This document shows, piece by piece, positions 26,239-35,744 of a DNA stretch of 37,757 nt. Under the pieces are notes generated by a model that worked only from the letters and a program-made list of their open reading frames with translations, made no database searches and was not told where the DNA came from. Numbering within the stretch: the stretch's first letter is position 1; every line of letters starts with the position of its first letter. This DNA comes from a virus. Taxonomy: Duplodnaviria; Caudoviricetes. The stretch covers positions 1 to 37,757 of the IMG/VR virus record IMGVR_UViG_3300035018_000012, one strand, 5' to 3'. Made by a program: the position numbers and the translations under genes.

Positions 26239-26571
26239 ATGGAACAGCAACTCACCCCGTTCGAGGCACTTCGCCTTTGTCTCCGCAAAGCAGGATCGCA
26301 GGAAAAGCTCGGCCTTGAGCTTGGCTGCTCGCAAACTGCCGTTTGGAAAATGTTGAACTCAGCGAAGCGCATGTCGCACCAGTTCGTGCTGGTTGCTGAG
26401 CAGGCTTATGGCGTGCCCCGTTGGGTGCAACGGCCAGATATCTATCCGCCACCCGCAATCGATCCGGGCGCTGACCTGATCGAGGACTCGCTGGCAAACC
26501 CGCTTGAGGACCGCTTCTACGGCATCGATGTTGGCACGCCTGATCGCATGGTCGCAGGTGCGCGCCGGTGA
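26239..26571 (+). CDS. cro: Cro/YdaS-like HTH regulator
   Basis: AGSQEKLGLELGCSQTAVWKML...RPDIYP; divergent from cI. Confidence 0.85.
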   Translation: MEQQLTPFEALRLCLRKAGSQEKLGLELGCSQTAVWKMLNSAKRMSHQFVLVAEQAYGVPRWVQRPDIYPPPAIDPGADLIEDSLANPLEDRFYGIDVGTPDRMVAGARR

Positions 26572-26873
26572 ATACTTCGTCCCCCATTCAGATAGGGCGC
26601 TCGCAGACCGCCCGCGTCGTGCAGATGCACGGCGCACGCCGTACTCCATCGGTGAACGTCTGCGAAAACGTGGCCGTGCGGGAAGAACGGGTTGCCGCCC
26701 GTCAGACAACGCCTTCCCGCACGGCCATTGTTTCTGCCCATCCATCGATCGCCCCCCGGCAATGCCTCGCAGCGGTCCCCCTGGTCCGCCGCTCTGGCAC
26801 GATCGGTTATGCGCTCCGCCAGCTGGCGACGTCAGCCGGTAAAATCCTTTATCGCACCGGAGAGGCCGCATGA
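26568..26873 (+). CDS. Hypothetical protein
   Basis: GTGA and ATGA overlaps with both neighbours; no recognisable motif. Confidence 0.4.
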   Translation: MNTSSPIQIGRSQTARVVQMHGARRTPSVNVCENVAVREERVAARQTTPSRTAIVSAHPSIAPRQCLAAVPLVRRSGTIGYALRQLATSAGKILYRTGEAA

Positions 26874-27061
26874 GCGCAGTGTTCAAAGTCGAGCGCGTCG
26901 AAGCGCTGTCATTTATGGATCAGGCTTTGCGTAACGTCGACCTGCAGGGTCTCGATGAAGATTTTGTTGATGATGTTGCCGGTGCTTTGGAGACGTTTCT
27001 GCGCGTGCGGGGCGCTAAGGCTAAAGCCGTCAACGCTGCCAGCCAGGCGGAGAGCAGCTGA
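26870..27061 (+). CDS. Hypothetical protein
   Basis: GGAGAGG RBS; coupled to the next gene. Confidence 0.6.
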   Translation: MSAVFKVERVEALSFMDQALRNVDLQGLDEDFVDDVAGALETFLRVRGAKAKAVNAASQAESS

Positions 27062-27555
27062 TGAGCGACCGCCGCGACATTGTCCTGCCTGCAGACCAGC
27101 AGGAACTCAAAGGCGCATGCCGTGCGCTTGTCCGCTCATTCGGCGGGCAGGATGCAGCAGCATCGCGCCTCGGTACCCGGCAGCAGCGCATCAGCGATTG
27201 CATCAACCGGAGCACCGACAGCTTTCTGCGGATCGATGAGATCGCGGTGCTGGAGGATGAGACCGTTGGCCACCCCGGCCACCCGCATGTCACCGCCGCC
27301 CGCGCGCGGCAGCTGGGTTACGAGCTGGTGCGCACCCCTACGATCACGGCCACCGGCAAGGACCTGCTCCAGCTGTTCGCTCGGCAGAGCAAGGAAAACA
27401 GCGACCTCGCCCAGGCGATCGTGGAAGCGCATGCCGATGGCACGATCACGGGGTCCGAGGCCGAACGGATCGAAAGCGAATGCGATGACATCATTGCCAC
27501 GGCGCTGGCGATGCGCGCCGAGGCACGCCTGATCCGCAAGGAGCACAGCCGGTGA
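27061..27555 (+). CDS. CII-like phage regulatory protein
   Basis: LVRSFGGQDAAA HTH-like N-terminus and ADGTITGSEAERI C-terminal motif typical of CII-family proteins; early operon position. Confidence 0.68.
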   Translation: MSDRRDIVLPADQQELKGACRALVRSFGGQDAAASRLGTRQQRISDCINRSTDSFLRIDEIAVLEDETVGHPGHPHVTAARARQLGYELVRTPTITATGKDLLQLFARQSKENSDLAQAIVEAHADGTITGSEAERIESECDDIIATALAMRAEARLIRKEHSR

Positions 27556-27887
27556 GGGACCAGGCGGGGCAGGGCTTGAGCACGCGGGCGCGCAAGGGGC
27601 TTATCCAATGCCCTCACTGCAACTCGCACGCGATCATCCGCACGTCGGATATTGTCACGCCCTTGGTTAAGGACCTGCACCTGATCTGCCTCAATCCGGA
27701 CTGCGGCCACACTTGGAAGGCGCAGATAGCTGCGATCTATACCCTCTCGCCGAGCTCGATACCCAATCCGGATATTAGCCTGCCGATGGCCCCCAAGAGC
27801 ACGCCGCGCCGTCGCTACCCGGAGAGCGCGCGAAAGGCCGGGAGCGATCCCGGCGATGATCCGCGCCAAATCCCGATGTTCGGCTGA
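27552..27887 (+). CDS. ogr: Ogr/Delta-like zinc-finger late transcription activator
   Basis: CPHC..AIIRTS...ICLNPDCGHTW...TLSPS. Confidence 0.9.
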   Translation: MRDQAGQGLSTRARKGLIQCPHCNSHAIIRTSDIVTPLVKDLHLICLNPDCGHTWKAQIAAIYTLSPSSIPNPDISLPMAPKSTPRRRYPESARKAGSDPGDDPRQIPMFG

Positions 27888-27987
27888 CGCGGCCTAGCCC
27901 CAACCCGAACTTCACCGACCGACATCCCCCAGCCTGTTCACCAACCCGCAATTCCGGGGCCGATGCCCTGCGCCAAAAAGGCCTGTG

Positions 27988-30657
27988 ATGAACCTTTCCG
28001 ACCAGATTATCGCCGAGCTCAAACGGCAATTCAGCTTCAAATCGGAGAAGGGTGCTTGGCTTCAGGGCGGCAAGTGCCCCCAGTGCGACAAACCAGAGGC
28101 GTTCTGCGCCGCCGAAGACCCGAAGATCGTCAAGTGCGGTCGGGTCGAAAAGTGCGGATGGGAAGACAGCGTCCGCAACCTGCTGCCCGATCTATTCGAG
28201 GACTGGACGCGCCGCGCGCCGCCGACTGAGGTCAATCCTACTGCCACCGCCGATGCCTATCTCTCGGTCGAGCGCGGCCTGGACGTTCAGGCGCTCGCTG
28301 GCCTCTACAGCCAGGAATACTTCCACGACCGCGAAACCGGGCAGGGCAGCGCCACCATCCGCTTTCCGCTGCAAAACAACAGCTGGTGGGAGCGGCTGAT
28401 AGATCGCCCCGGCAGGTTCAAGCGCAAGGCGAACTTCAAGCCGGGCAGCAACTGGAGCGGGTGGTGGTGGTCGCCCCCCGAGGTCAGCTACGACAAGCTC
28501 GCCCTGGCCGGGGACATATGGTTTGCCGAGGGCATCTTTGATGCGCAGGCGCTGCGCCAGGCGGGCCTCGATGCCGTCAGCCTGATGAGCATCAACAACT
28601 ATCCCGAACATTCCCTGACCCTGCTGCGCAAGGCCATCGCGGAAAGCAAGCGCCCCAACAGCCCGCCGCGCCTGGTGTTCGCATTCGATGTCGGGTCCGC
28701 CGGCGTCTCGGCCACCCGCAAGTTCGTCAAGCGGGCGCGCGAGGAAGGCTGGGACGCGACGGCCGCACAGGTCCGCCCTGATGGCGAAGGCACCAAGCTC
28801 GACTGGAACGACCTCTGGTTGCGCCATGCCAAGTGGCGCGATGCACCGGAACGCGCGCCGTACAGCCCCGAAAAGGTCGACGAATACCTTTGGAATGGCG
28901 CGGTCACTATCGCCGCCACGCCCCGCGACAAGGCGAAACTGATCCGCGACCGCAAGGCGCTTTCCAACTTCGACTTCCGCCATGGCAACCGGCTGTTCTG
29001 GGCCAAGACGACATACGATGAGGACCAGAAGGCAGAGCTGCACGTCACCGAGATCGCGAACTGCGCCTTCCGCATCCTCTACCGCGAGCGCGACGACATC
29101 GCCGATGAGACCAACTATTTCATCCAGATCGATTTCCCCGATGGCGCAAAGACCGAAAAGGCCAGGTTCAGCAACGCTGCCTGCGCCGCATCCTCCGAAT
29201 TCAAAAAGCGATTGCTGGCCTTTGCCGGAATGTGGTCGGGAAGCGGCGATCAGCTCGATCGGCTGATGCGGCGGCAAACGCGGCAGCTCAAAACCGTCGA
29301 GCCAATCGCATTCACCGGATACTCGCCTGCGCACCGCGCATGGGTGCTTGGCGATCTGGCAGTGCGCGATGGCCGAGTGATCGAGGTCAACCGCGAGAAC
29401 TATTTCGACCTCGGCAAGTCCGCCGTGAAGCTGCGCAGCAGCGAACGCATCCTCGATATCAATTGGCAGCCAGACAAGCTGGACTTCGATTGGGTGCCCT
29501 TGGTCTGGCAGGCATGGGGTCCGCGCGGCCTCATCGCGCTCGCGTTCTTCACGATGTCGCTGTTCGCCGTGCAGATCCGCGAAAAGCACAAGTCGCTGGG
29601 GTTTCTCGAAATCACCGGCCAGCCCGGTTCCGGCAAAACCACGCTCGTTGAGCTGATGTGGAAGATGCTCGGCCGCTCGGGGTACGAGGGCTTTGATCCC
29701 AACAAGGGCACCAATGCCGGTGTCACCCGCAATTTCCTGAAGGTATCGAACCTGCCGGTGGGCCTGATCGAAGGCAACCGCGAAGAGGGCAAGGGACACA
29801 ACCGCCGCTTTGACTGGCAGGAGCTGCTGACCCTCTACAACGGGCGCAGCCCGCGCGTGCTGGGCATGAAATCATCCGGTACCGAAACGTACGAGCCGCC
29901 CTTCTGGGGCACGATCTACCTGATGCAGAATGAGCGGATCGACGCGCAGCCCGCCGTTCTCGAACGCCTGATGTCCATGAAGATCGACAAGGCGGAATGG
30001 TCGGAAGCCACCCGCAATGCTGCGATCAAGCTGGAAAGCTGGCCCATCGAATCGATGTCGGGGTCGATCATCCATGTCCTGCGGCAAGAGGCTCACTACC
30101 TCGATTTCTTTTTTGGGCGCTTCACCCATCACGACAACCAGATGCGCAATCGGGTCAGGGGCCTCCACAACTCCCGGTGCGTCAAGACCCACAGCCAGCT
30201 CGCCGCCGCGGTTGATGCGCTCAAGCACCTGTTCCCGGTAGAGGATACATGGCTGGCCAAGACCGTGGCCTTCATCGACGCGATGGCGCTCGATCGCCAG
30301 GACAGCTCCGGCGGTGATCACCCGATGGTCGCCGATTTCTGGGAAAAGGTCGATTACCTGATCTCGCGTGAGGCGATTAACGATCACGCCGAGGGCAACA
30401 GCATCAACCAGTATCGCGACCCTGACCGCCTGATGGCGATCAGCCTCAGCTATTTCGAGACGCGCTGCCGCAACGCCGGTCTCACACCGGTCAACATGAT
30501 GGAGCTCAAGCGCCTGCTGCGCAGCTCCAAATCCCGCAAGTTCATCGGCCAGCGACAGGTGAACAACCCTGCTGGCCGCAACGCGCACTGCTGGGTCTTC
30601 GAGCAGACCGATCAGCAAACAGCCCCCAACCGCTCAACCCAAAGGGAGATGGCATGA
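27988..30657 (+). CDS. Zn-finger/TOPRIM primase fused to P-loop helicase (replication protein)
   Basis: CPQC...CGRVEKC, TOPRIM WFAEGIFDA/FAFD/DWND, Walker A GQPGSGKT. Confidence 0.88.
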   Translation: MNLSDQIIAELKRQFSFKSEKGAWLQGGKCPQCDKPEAFCAAEDPKIVKCGRVEKCGWEDSVRNLLPDLFEDWTRRAPPTEVNPTATADAYLSVERGLDVQALAGLYSQEYFHDRETGQGSATIRFPLQNNSWWERLIDRPGRFKRKANFKPGSNWSGWWWSPPEVSYDKLALAGDIWFAEGIFDAQALRQAGLDAVSLMSINNYPEHSLTLLRKAIAESKRPNSPPRLVFAFDVGSAGVSATRKFVKRAREEGWDATAAQVRPDGEGTKLDWNDLWLRHAKWRDAPERAPYSPEKVDEYLWNGAVTIAATPRDKAKLIRDRKALSNFDFRHGNRLFWAKTTYDEDQKAELHVTEIANCAFRILYRERDDIADETNYFIQIDFPDGAKTEKARFSNAACAASSEFKKRLLAFAGMWSGSGDQLDRLMRRQTRQLKTVEPIAFTGYSPAHRAWVLGDLAVRDGRVIEVNRENYFDLGKSAVKLRSSERILDINWQPDKLDFDWVPLVWQAWGPRGLIALAFFTMSLFAVQIREKHKSLGFLEITGQPGSGKTTLVELMWKMLGRSGYEGFDPNKGTNAGVTRNFLKVSNLPVGLIEGNREEGKGHNRRFDWQELLTLYNGRSPRVLGMKSSGTETYEPPFWGTIYLMQNERIDAQPAVLERLMSMKIDKAEWSEATRNAAIKLESWPIESMSGSIIHVLRQEAHYLDFFFGRFTHHDNQMRNRVRGLHNSRCVKTHSQLAAAVDALKHLFPVEDTWLAKTVAFIDAMALDRQDSSGGDHPMVADFWEKVDYLISREAINDHAEGNSINQYRDPDRLMAISLSYFETRCRNAGLTPVNMMELKRLLRSSKSRKFIGQRQVNNPAGRNAHCWVFEQTDQQTAPNRSTQREMA

Positions 30658-30869
30658 TGCCGTACGATACTCCGATCCACGATCATTTTTGTCGTTGCCG
30701 CGCCTGCAAGCCGCCGCGCCTGCCTGACGGCAGGTTGCGCGATGCGATCGGGCAGCAGGTCTCGCCCGTCGATCCACGATCGGAAATGGCGCGTGACAGG
30801 GCTGCCATGGGCGCGGCGGGCCTGGTCGCCGTCTTGGCGCTGTGCCTGCGCTGGGCGGGATTAGCATGA
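30654..30869 (+). CDS. Small hypothetical protein (HxxxCxCxxC, C-terminal hydrophobic segment)
   Basis: GGGAG RBS, ATGA overlap with the primase gene. Confidence 0.6.
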   Translation: MMPYDTPIHDHFCRCRACKPPRLPDGRLRDAIGQQVSPVDPRSEMARDRAAMGAAGLVAVLALCLRWAGLA

Positions 30870-30997
30870 TGCGCCAGCCTCGCCAGCCACTGCCTGCAGA
30901 TGCCCTGGGCGATCAAAGCCCGCCGCATTGGCTGGGTTGGGCGCTGATCCTCATGCCCTTCGTCGCCACCGCCCTTGGGCTGGCGGTGCTGCTGTGA
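30866..30997 (+). CDS. 43-aa putative membrane peptide (below the ORF-track cutoff)
   Basis: MMRQPRQPLPADALGDQSPPHWLGWALILMPFVATALGLAVLL; ATGA and GTGA overlaps on both sides. Confidence 0.55.
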   Translation: MMRQPRQPLPADALGDQSPPHWLGWALILMPFVATALGLAVLL

Positions 30998-31137
30998 GCG
31001 CCCGTCTGCCCAATGCCCGGCTCTCGATGGCCGAGATCGAACGGCGCCTGTCGGTCCTCGGCAGCGTGCGCAGCACCAACCTGCCTGCCGCTCACCAAGC
31101 CCCCGCGCGCAGGCCCAAACCCGGAAAGGGAAAGTGA
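30994..31137 (+). CDS. 47-aa hypothetical protein
   Basis: GTG start overlapping the previous stop; MSARLPNARLSMAEIERRLS... Confidence 0.45.
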   Translation: MSARLPNARLSMAEIERRLSVLGSVRSTNLPAAHQAPARRPKPGKGK

Positions 31138-31139
31138 CC

Positions 31140-31304
31140 ATGGCTACAGCAACAACCCGTGTCGAAAAGCAGGTCGAGGCTGAATACCGCCTCAAGCGTC
31201 GGTTGCCCGACCAGCTGGATCGCGCTCGCAAAAACGTCCGCATGCTGGAAAACATGGCGCGGAATTACGGACTGAATGATCTGATTCAGGACCAAGCACG
31301 ATGA
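31140..31304 (+). CDS. 54-aa hypothetical helical protein
   Basis: Purine-rich RBS (GGAAAGGGAAAG); stop overlaps the next ATG. Confidence 0.6.
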   Translation: MATATTRVEKQVEAEYRLKRRLPDQLDRARKNVRMLENMARNYGLNDLIQDQAR

Positions 31305-31588
31305 GCCGCCGCCAGCACGTTTGCGACGTGCCCGGCTGCGGCCGCACGCGCCAGCGTTGGCAGCGCATCTGCGATCACTGCTATCCCGCCCTCCCGCGCG
31401 ATGTCCGCAACAGCCTTATTCGCGCCCATGCCGAACGCCGCACGGCTGACTGGCGGGCGTGGAAGCGCAAGGCAGGCGAGGTCTTCGCCGCGCGCCGCCG
31501 CGACCGGCCAGGCCAGCCCACCAACATCTCCCCCCAAAGCGCTTTCGAAATGCAGGCGCGCATGCTCGGTGAAAGGACTGACCGATGA
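31301..31588 (+). CDS. Small putative zinc-binding protein
   Basis: CDVPGC...CDHC; coupled to both neighbours. Confidence 0.65.
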   Translation: MSRRQHVCDVPGCGRTRQRWQRICDHCYPALPRDVRNSLIRAHAERRTADWRAWKRKAGEVFAARRRDRPGQPTNISPQSAFEMQARMLGERTDR

Positions 31589-32592
31589 CAACCAAGATTG
31601 AATGGGCAGAACGCACATGGAACCCGATAGTCGGGTGCAGCTTACTGAGCAGCGGTTGCACCAACTGCTATGCGATGGCTGATGCCTGGAGGCTGGCAAA
31701 CAACCCCAGCGCCAGCATCCGCGCGAAATACGAAGGCACCGTCGAACTGGTCAAAGGCAAGGCGGTGTGGACCGGCAAGGTCAACATGTCGGCAAAGGCA
31801 CTGCTCGAACCGCTGCGGCGGCAAAAGCCCACCGTCTGGTTCGTCAATTCGATGGGGGACCTCTTCCACCCTGATATTACGGATCAACAGATTGATCGTG
31901 TCTTCGCCATTATGGCGCTCTGCCCGCAACACATTTTTCAGGTGCTCACCAAGCGACCCAAGCGGATGCTCGATTATCTGCAGAACTCACACAGGCGCTC
32001 TCAGGTGCAGTTCTGGTGCAGTGTCGAAGGCCTCCACATCACCGGGAAGCAAAATTCGGATCAGGCCGCCGAAGAGGCCGAAGAATTCGTTGCTCTTTCC
32101 ACTGCGCAATGGCCTCTGCCCAACGTCTGGCTTGGCACGACGATCGAGAACAAGCGAGCCCTGCTGCAGCGCGCTGCTCTCTTGAAGGCCACACCCGCCG
32201 CTCTGCGCTTCTGGAGCTGCGAACCGCTGCTGTCCCATCTTGGCCACATCCCGGCAGACCTGATGCCCGATTGGGTCATCAGCGGCGGCGAGAGCGGCCT
32301 AGGCGCTCGGCCGTCGCATCCCGTCTGGCACACGCACCTGCGCGACCAATGTATGAAAGCGGGCATCCCCTATTTCTTCAAGCAGTGGGGCGCATTCTCC
32401 CCGATCAACCAGATCGGCGGCAGGTTCGATCACCGCGAACGCATCGACACCCGCATCACCATGTCGGGCGATTATGGCGGTCACAATGGCTGGCCGATGA
32501 AGCGCCAGCACAAACACAAATCAGGCCGCACCCTCGAAGGCGTCGAATACAACCAGATGCCCGCCATCCTGACCAAGGGAGCGGCGGCATGA
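31585..32592 (+). CDS. DUF5131 (phage Gp37/Gp68) radical-SAM-like protein
   Basis: TKIEWAERTWNPIVGC..SSGCTNCYA, FVNSMGDLFH, FQVLTKRP, SCEPLL, WVISGGESG, FFKQWG. Confidence 0.92.
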   Translation: MTTKIEWAERTWNPIVGCSLLSSGCTNCYAMADAWRLANNPSASIRAKYEGTVELVKGKAVWTGKVNMSAKALLEPLRRQKPTVWFVNSMGDLFHPDITDQQIDRVFAIMALCPQHIFQVLTKRPKRMLDYLQNSHRRSQVQFWCSVEGLHITGKQNSDQAAEEAEEFVALSTAQWPLPNVWLGTTIENKRALLQRAALLKATPAALRFWSCEPLLSHLGHIPADLMPDWVISGGESGLGARPSHPVWHTHLRDQCMKAGIPYFFKQWGAFSPINQIGGRFDHRERIDTRITMSGDYGGHNGWPMKRQHKHKSGRTLEGVEYNQMPAILTKGAAA

Positions 32593-34586
32593 AACTGATC
32601 ATCGACAATTTCGCCGGCGGCGGCGGTGCATCGACAGGGCTGGAGGCCGCATTCGGCAGGCCGGTCGACGTCGCCATCAACCATGATGAGGCGGCAATCG
32701 CGGTGCATGCGGCGAACCATCCCGGCACACGGCATTACTGCCAGTCGATCTATTCGGTCGATCCGCTGGACGCGACCTGCGGCAGGCCCGTCGCGCTGGT
32801 GTGGTTCAGCCCCGATTGCAAGCATCATAGCAAGGCCAAGGGCGGGAAGCCCCGCGACAAGTATATCCGCGACCTGGCGCATGTGGTGCCGCACTGGATC
32901 GAGCGCCTGAAAAAGGCGACGCCGGGCGGCAGTGGCGCACCGGCGGTCATCATGCTGGAAAACGTGGAGGAGTTCCGCCAGTGGGGGCCGCTGGACGCAG
33001 ACGGCAAGCCGATCAAGGAACGGCGCGGGGAAGAGTTCGACCTTTGGGTGCGGCGGATCCGCAGGCAGGGGTACAAGGTCGAATGGCGCGAGCTGCGCGC
33101 CTGCGATTATTGCGTGCCGACCAGTCGCAAGCGGCTGTTCCTGGTGGCGCGGCGCGACGGGTTGCCGATCGTGTGGCCCGCGCCGACGCATGGCAAGCCG
33201 GGGACGCCCGATGTGGTATCCGGCAAGCTGCTGCCCTGGCGCACTGCGGCGGAGTGCATCGACTGGACGCGGCCTTGCCCCAGCATCTTCGACCGCATCC
33301 GGCCTCTGAAGGATGCGACATGCAGGCGGATCGCCGCCGGCGTGATGCGCTATGTCGTCAACAGCGCGCGGCCTTTCATCGTGCCGGTCACGAATAGCAG
33401 CTGGAACCCCGGGCGCAGCTGGTCGGCAGATGAGCCGCTGCGGACGATCACGACCGCCAAGGGCGGGGAGATGGCGGCGGTTGCGCCGGTATTCGCCCGC
33501 ACTGCCCATGGCGAGCGCGACAGCAAAGGCAAAAAGAGGGGGCGGGGAGATCACTCAGTCCAAGAACCTTTCCCCACCGTCACTGCCTCGCGGGATAGCG
33601 CTTTGATTGGCGCGAGCCTTCTACCGGTCACGCATCAGGGCGGTGATCGCGCGCATGCTGTGGATGAACCGTTTCGGACCATCACCGGTGCGCATCGCGG
33701 CGAGATTGCGCTGCAATCAGCTGCGATGCTCAAGCTGCGCAAAAATAGCCATGGCGAGGATATCGCCGCTCCGTTGGGTGCAGTCACCGCCGGTGGGCTG
33801 CATCATGGCGTGGTCGCAGCTTCGCTAGTTCGCCAGTTCGGCAAAAGCAACGCAGCAGACATCGACCAGCCCATGCCGACGATCGTTGCAGGCGGCGGCG
33901 GCAAGACCCTGCAGATTGCAGCGTCAATGGTCCAGACCGGATATGGCGAGCGTGAGGGCCAAGCGCCGCGCGCGATCGACGCCGAGCAGCCTCTGGGCAC
34001 GATCGTGGCTGGCGGGGGCAAGCATGCCGCCGTTGCGGCGTTCCTGGCACAGCACAATACCGAGCGCGGCGATCGCGCGAACCCCGGCCATGCTGCCGAT
34101 AAGCCGGTCAGTACGATCACCGGGCGCGGCACCCAGCAGCAGGTGGTGCAGACCACGCTGATCGAAGTGGGTGATTTGCCTGCCGACGTGCTCGACCGCG
34201 CAGTGCAGGTGGCGGCATTCCTGGTCAAATACTACGGGTCGGAAATCGGCCAGCACCAGGCCGTCAATCAGCCTCTGGACACGATCACCGTCAAGCCGCG
34301 TTTTGCGGTGGTGACCGTCAATATCGATGCCGTGACCTTTGTGCTGGTCGATATCGGCATGCGGATGCTGGAGCCGCGCGAGCTGGCCCGGGCGCAGGGC
34401 TTTCCCGAAAGCTACATCCTCGATCCCGAGTGCTGGTATCGGACCGATGGCGGCGCGCGCAAGTTCGGCAAGCTGCCCAAGACCCATCAGATCGCCAAGA
34501 TCGGCAACAGCGTGTGCCCCGGTTTGGCCGAAGCGCTGGCGCGGGCGAACCTGCCCGAGATGTGCGCAGGGAGGGCAGTGGCATGA
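32589..34586 (+). CDS. DNA cytosine-5 methyltransferase with expanded variable region
   Basis: FAGGGGAS (motif I), SPDC (IV), ENV (VI), RKRLF (VIII), RMLEPRELARAQGFP and IGNSVCP (IX-X); start ATG 32589. Confidence 0.93.
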   Translation: MKLIIDNFAGGGGASTGLEAAFGRPVDVAINHDEAAIAVHAANHPGTRHYCQSIYSVDPLDATCGRPVALVWFSPDCKHHSKAKGGKPRDKYIRDLAHVVPHWIERLKKATPGGSGAPAVIMLENVEEFRQWGPLDADGKPIKERRGEEFDLWVRRIRRQGYKVEWRELRACDYCVPTSRKRLFLVARRDGLPIVWPAPTHGKPGTPDVVSGKLLPWRTAAECIDWTRPCPSIFDRIRPLKDATCRRIAAGVMRYVVNSARPFIVPVTNSSWNPGRSWSADEPLRTITTAKGGEMAAVAPVFARTAHGERDSKGKKRGRGDHSVQEPFPTVTASRDSALIGASLLPVTHQGGDRAHAVDEPFRTITGAHRGEIALQSAAMLKLRKNSHGEDIAAPLGAVTAGGLHHGVVAASLVRQFGKSNAADIDQPMPTIVAGGGGKTLQIAASMVQTGYGEREGQAPRAIDAEQPLGTIVAGGGKHAAVAAFLAQHNTERGDRANPGHAADKPVSTITGRGTQQQVVQTTLIEVGDLPADVLDRAVQVAAFLVKYYGSEIGQHQAVNQPLDTITVKPRFAVVTVNIDAVTFVLVDIGMRMLEPRELARAQGFPESYILDPECWYRTDGGARKFGKLPKTHQIAKIGNSVCPGLAEALARANLPEMCAGRAVA

Positions 34587-35266
34587 GCGACCGCCCGATC
34601 CTATTCAGCGCGCCTATGGTGCGGGCCCTACTGGCTGGAAAGAAGACGCAGACGCGGCGTGTGATCAAGCCAAACCCATGGCCGGAGGATCGTGAGCCGC
34701 CATACGTCGTCCCATTTGTTGGGGGTGCACGCGCCGTCTGGTACGACTCTGTGGACAGCGCAGTGCATCTTGCTTCGCCTTTTGTAGTCGGTGATCGGCT
34801 CTGGGTGAAGGAAACCCATGCTTTTAATTGGGCAACCGATGACCAGAAATCCCGCGATATCGATCCTGAGCTTTGGTCGGTCCGCTACATCGCCGACGAC
34901 TTCGTCCGCCCTGCTGTTCGCGATGGCCAGACCGCCACGGTGGATCAGTGTAAAAAGTTGCGCCCGTCAATCTTCATGCCGCGCTGGGCAAGCCGCCTGA
35001 CCTTGACTGTCACCGATGTTCGAGTCGAGCGGCTGCAGGACATTAACCGGGAAGACGCAATTGCCGAGGGGCTGACACACAAGCCTGGCGTCATTGAGCC
35101 GGATTGGTGGATGCTTCCAGAGCCGCTGCTTCAGGGCACATGGCTGTCACCTGTCGCCGCTTATCGCTTCCTGTGGGACCAAATCAACGGCGCAGGCGCA
35201 TGGGACGCAAACCCGTGGGTGGTCGCAGTCACCTTCGACGTGCGGGAAGGCAATATCGATGCCTGA
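34583..35266 (+). CDS. Conserved phage protein with ASCH/PUA-like motifs
   Basis: RPILFSAPMVRALLAGKKTQTRR, GDRLWVKET, PSIFMPRWASR, VERLQDI, WDANPWV. Confidence 0.75.
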   Translation: MSDRPILFSAPMVRALLAGKKTQTRRVIKPNPWPEDREPPYVVPFVGGARAVWYDSVDSAVHLASPFVVGDRLWVKETHAFNWATDDQKSRDIDPELWSVRYIADDFVRPAVRDGQTATVDQCKKLRPSIFMPRWASRLTLTVTDVRVERLQDINREDAIAEGLTHKPGVIEPDWWMLPEPLLQGTWLSPVAAYRFLWDQINGAGAWDANPWVVAVTFDVREGNIDA

Positions 35267-35744
35267 TCGCCCCTTCATCTCGCGAGAACTCGACCGCCGC
35301 ATCGCAAGCACACAGGCCGCGATCGATGCAGGCAAGTTGGACCTGCAAACGGCAGAGGAAAACCTCAAGCCTTGGGCTGCAGCAGAGGCATGGCTCGCGG
35401 GTTCCCCTTATCCGGGCACCAGCCCCCGCGATGGCCACACCTGGGCATCTGACCTGAGCACGATCGACGATGCGCTCGCGGCGCTCACCCGCGCCCGAGA
35501 CAGGCTTGCGGCCGCAATCGATCGACAGCAGCGAACCGACTTGCTCGATCACTGGCGCGGAATGGCCGATGCCGTCCGTCGCCTTGAGCGCCAGCGCGAT
35601 GGCAACCGCGCCTGGCGCGCAGGCCTACGGGCAGCGCCGCCAGTGCAGGATGTCGCGTTTCCGAAAGCACAGCCCAGCCTCCTGGCCGACATGTTCGACA
35701 CCGATGGCAACCCGCTGCCGCTCAACGAACAGCGGGCTGCCTAA
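35259..35744 (+). CDS. Hypothetical protein
   Basis: GGAAGG RBS; overlaps both neighbours. Confidence 0.6.
   Translation: MPDRPFISRELDRRIASTQAAIDAGKLDLQTAEENLKPWAAAEAWLAGSPYPGTSPRDGHTWASDLSTIDDALAALTRARDRLAAAIDRQQRTDLLDHWRGMADAVRRLERQRDGNRAWRAGLRAAPPVQDVAFPKAQPSLLADMFDTDGNPLPLNEQRAA

Noticed and set aside
27888-27987. Short repeats (CCAACCCG x2, TTCACC x2) upstream of the primase as origin iterons
   Set aside because: Too short and too few, with no AT-rich unwinding region.
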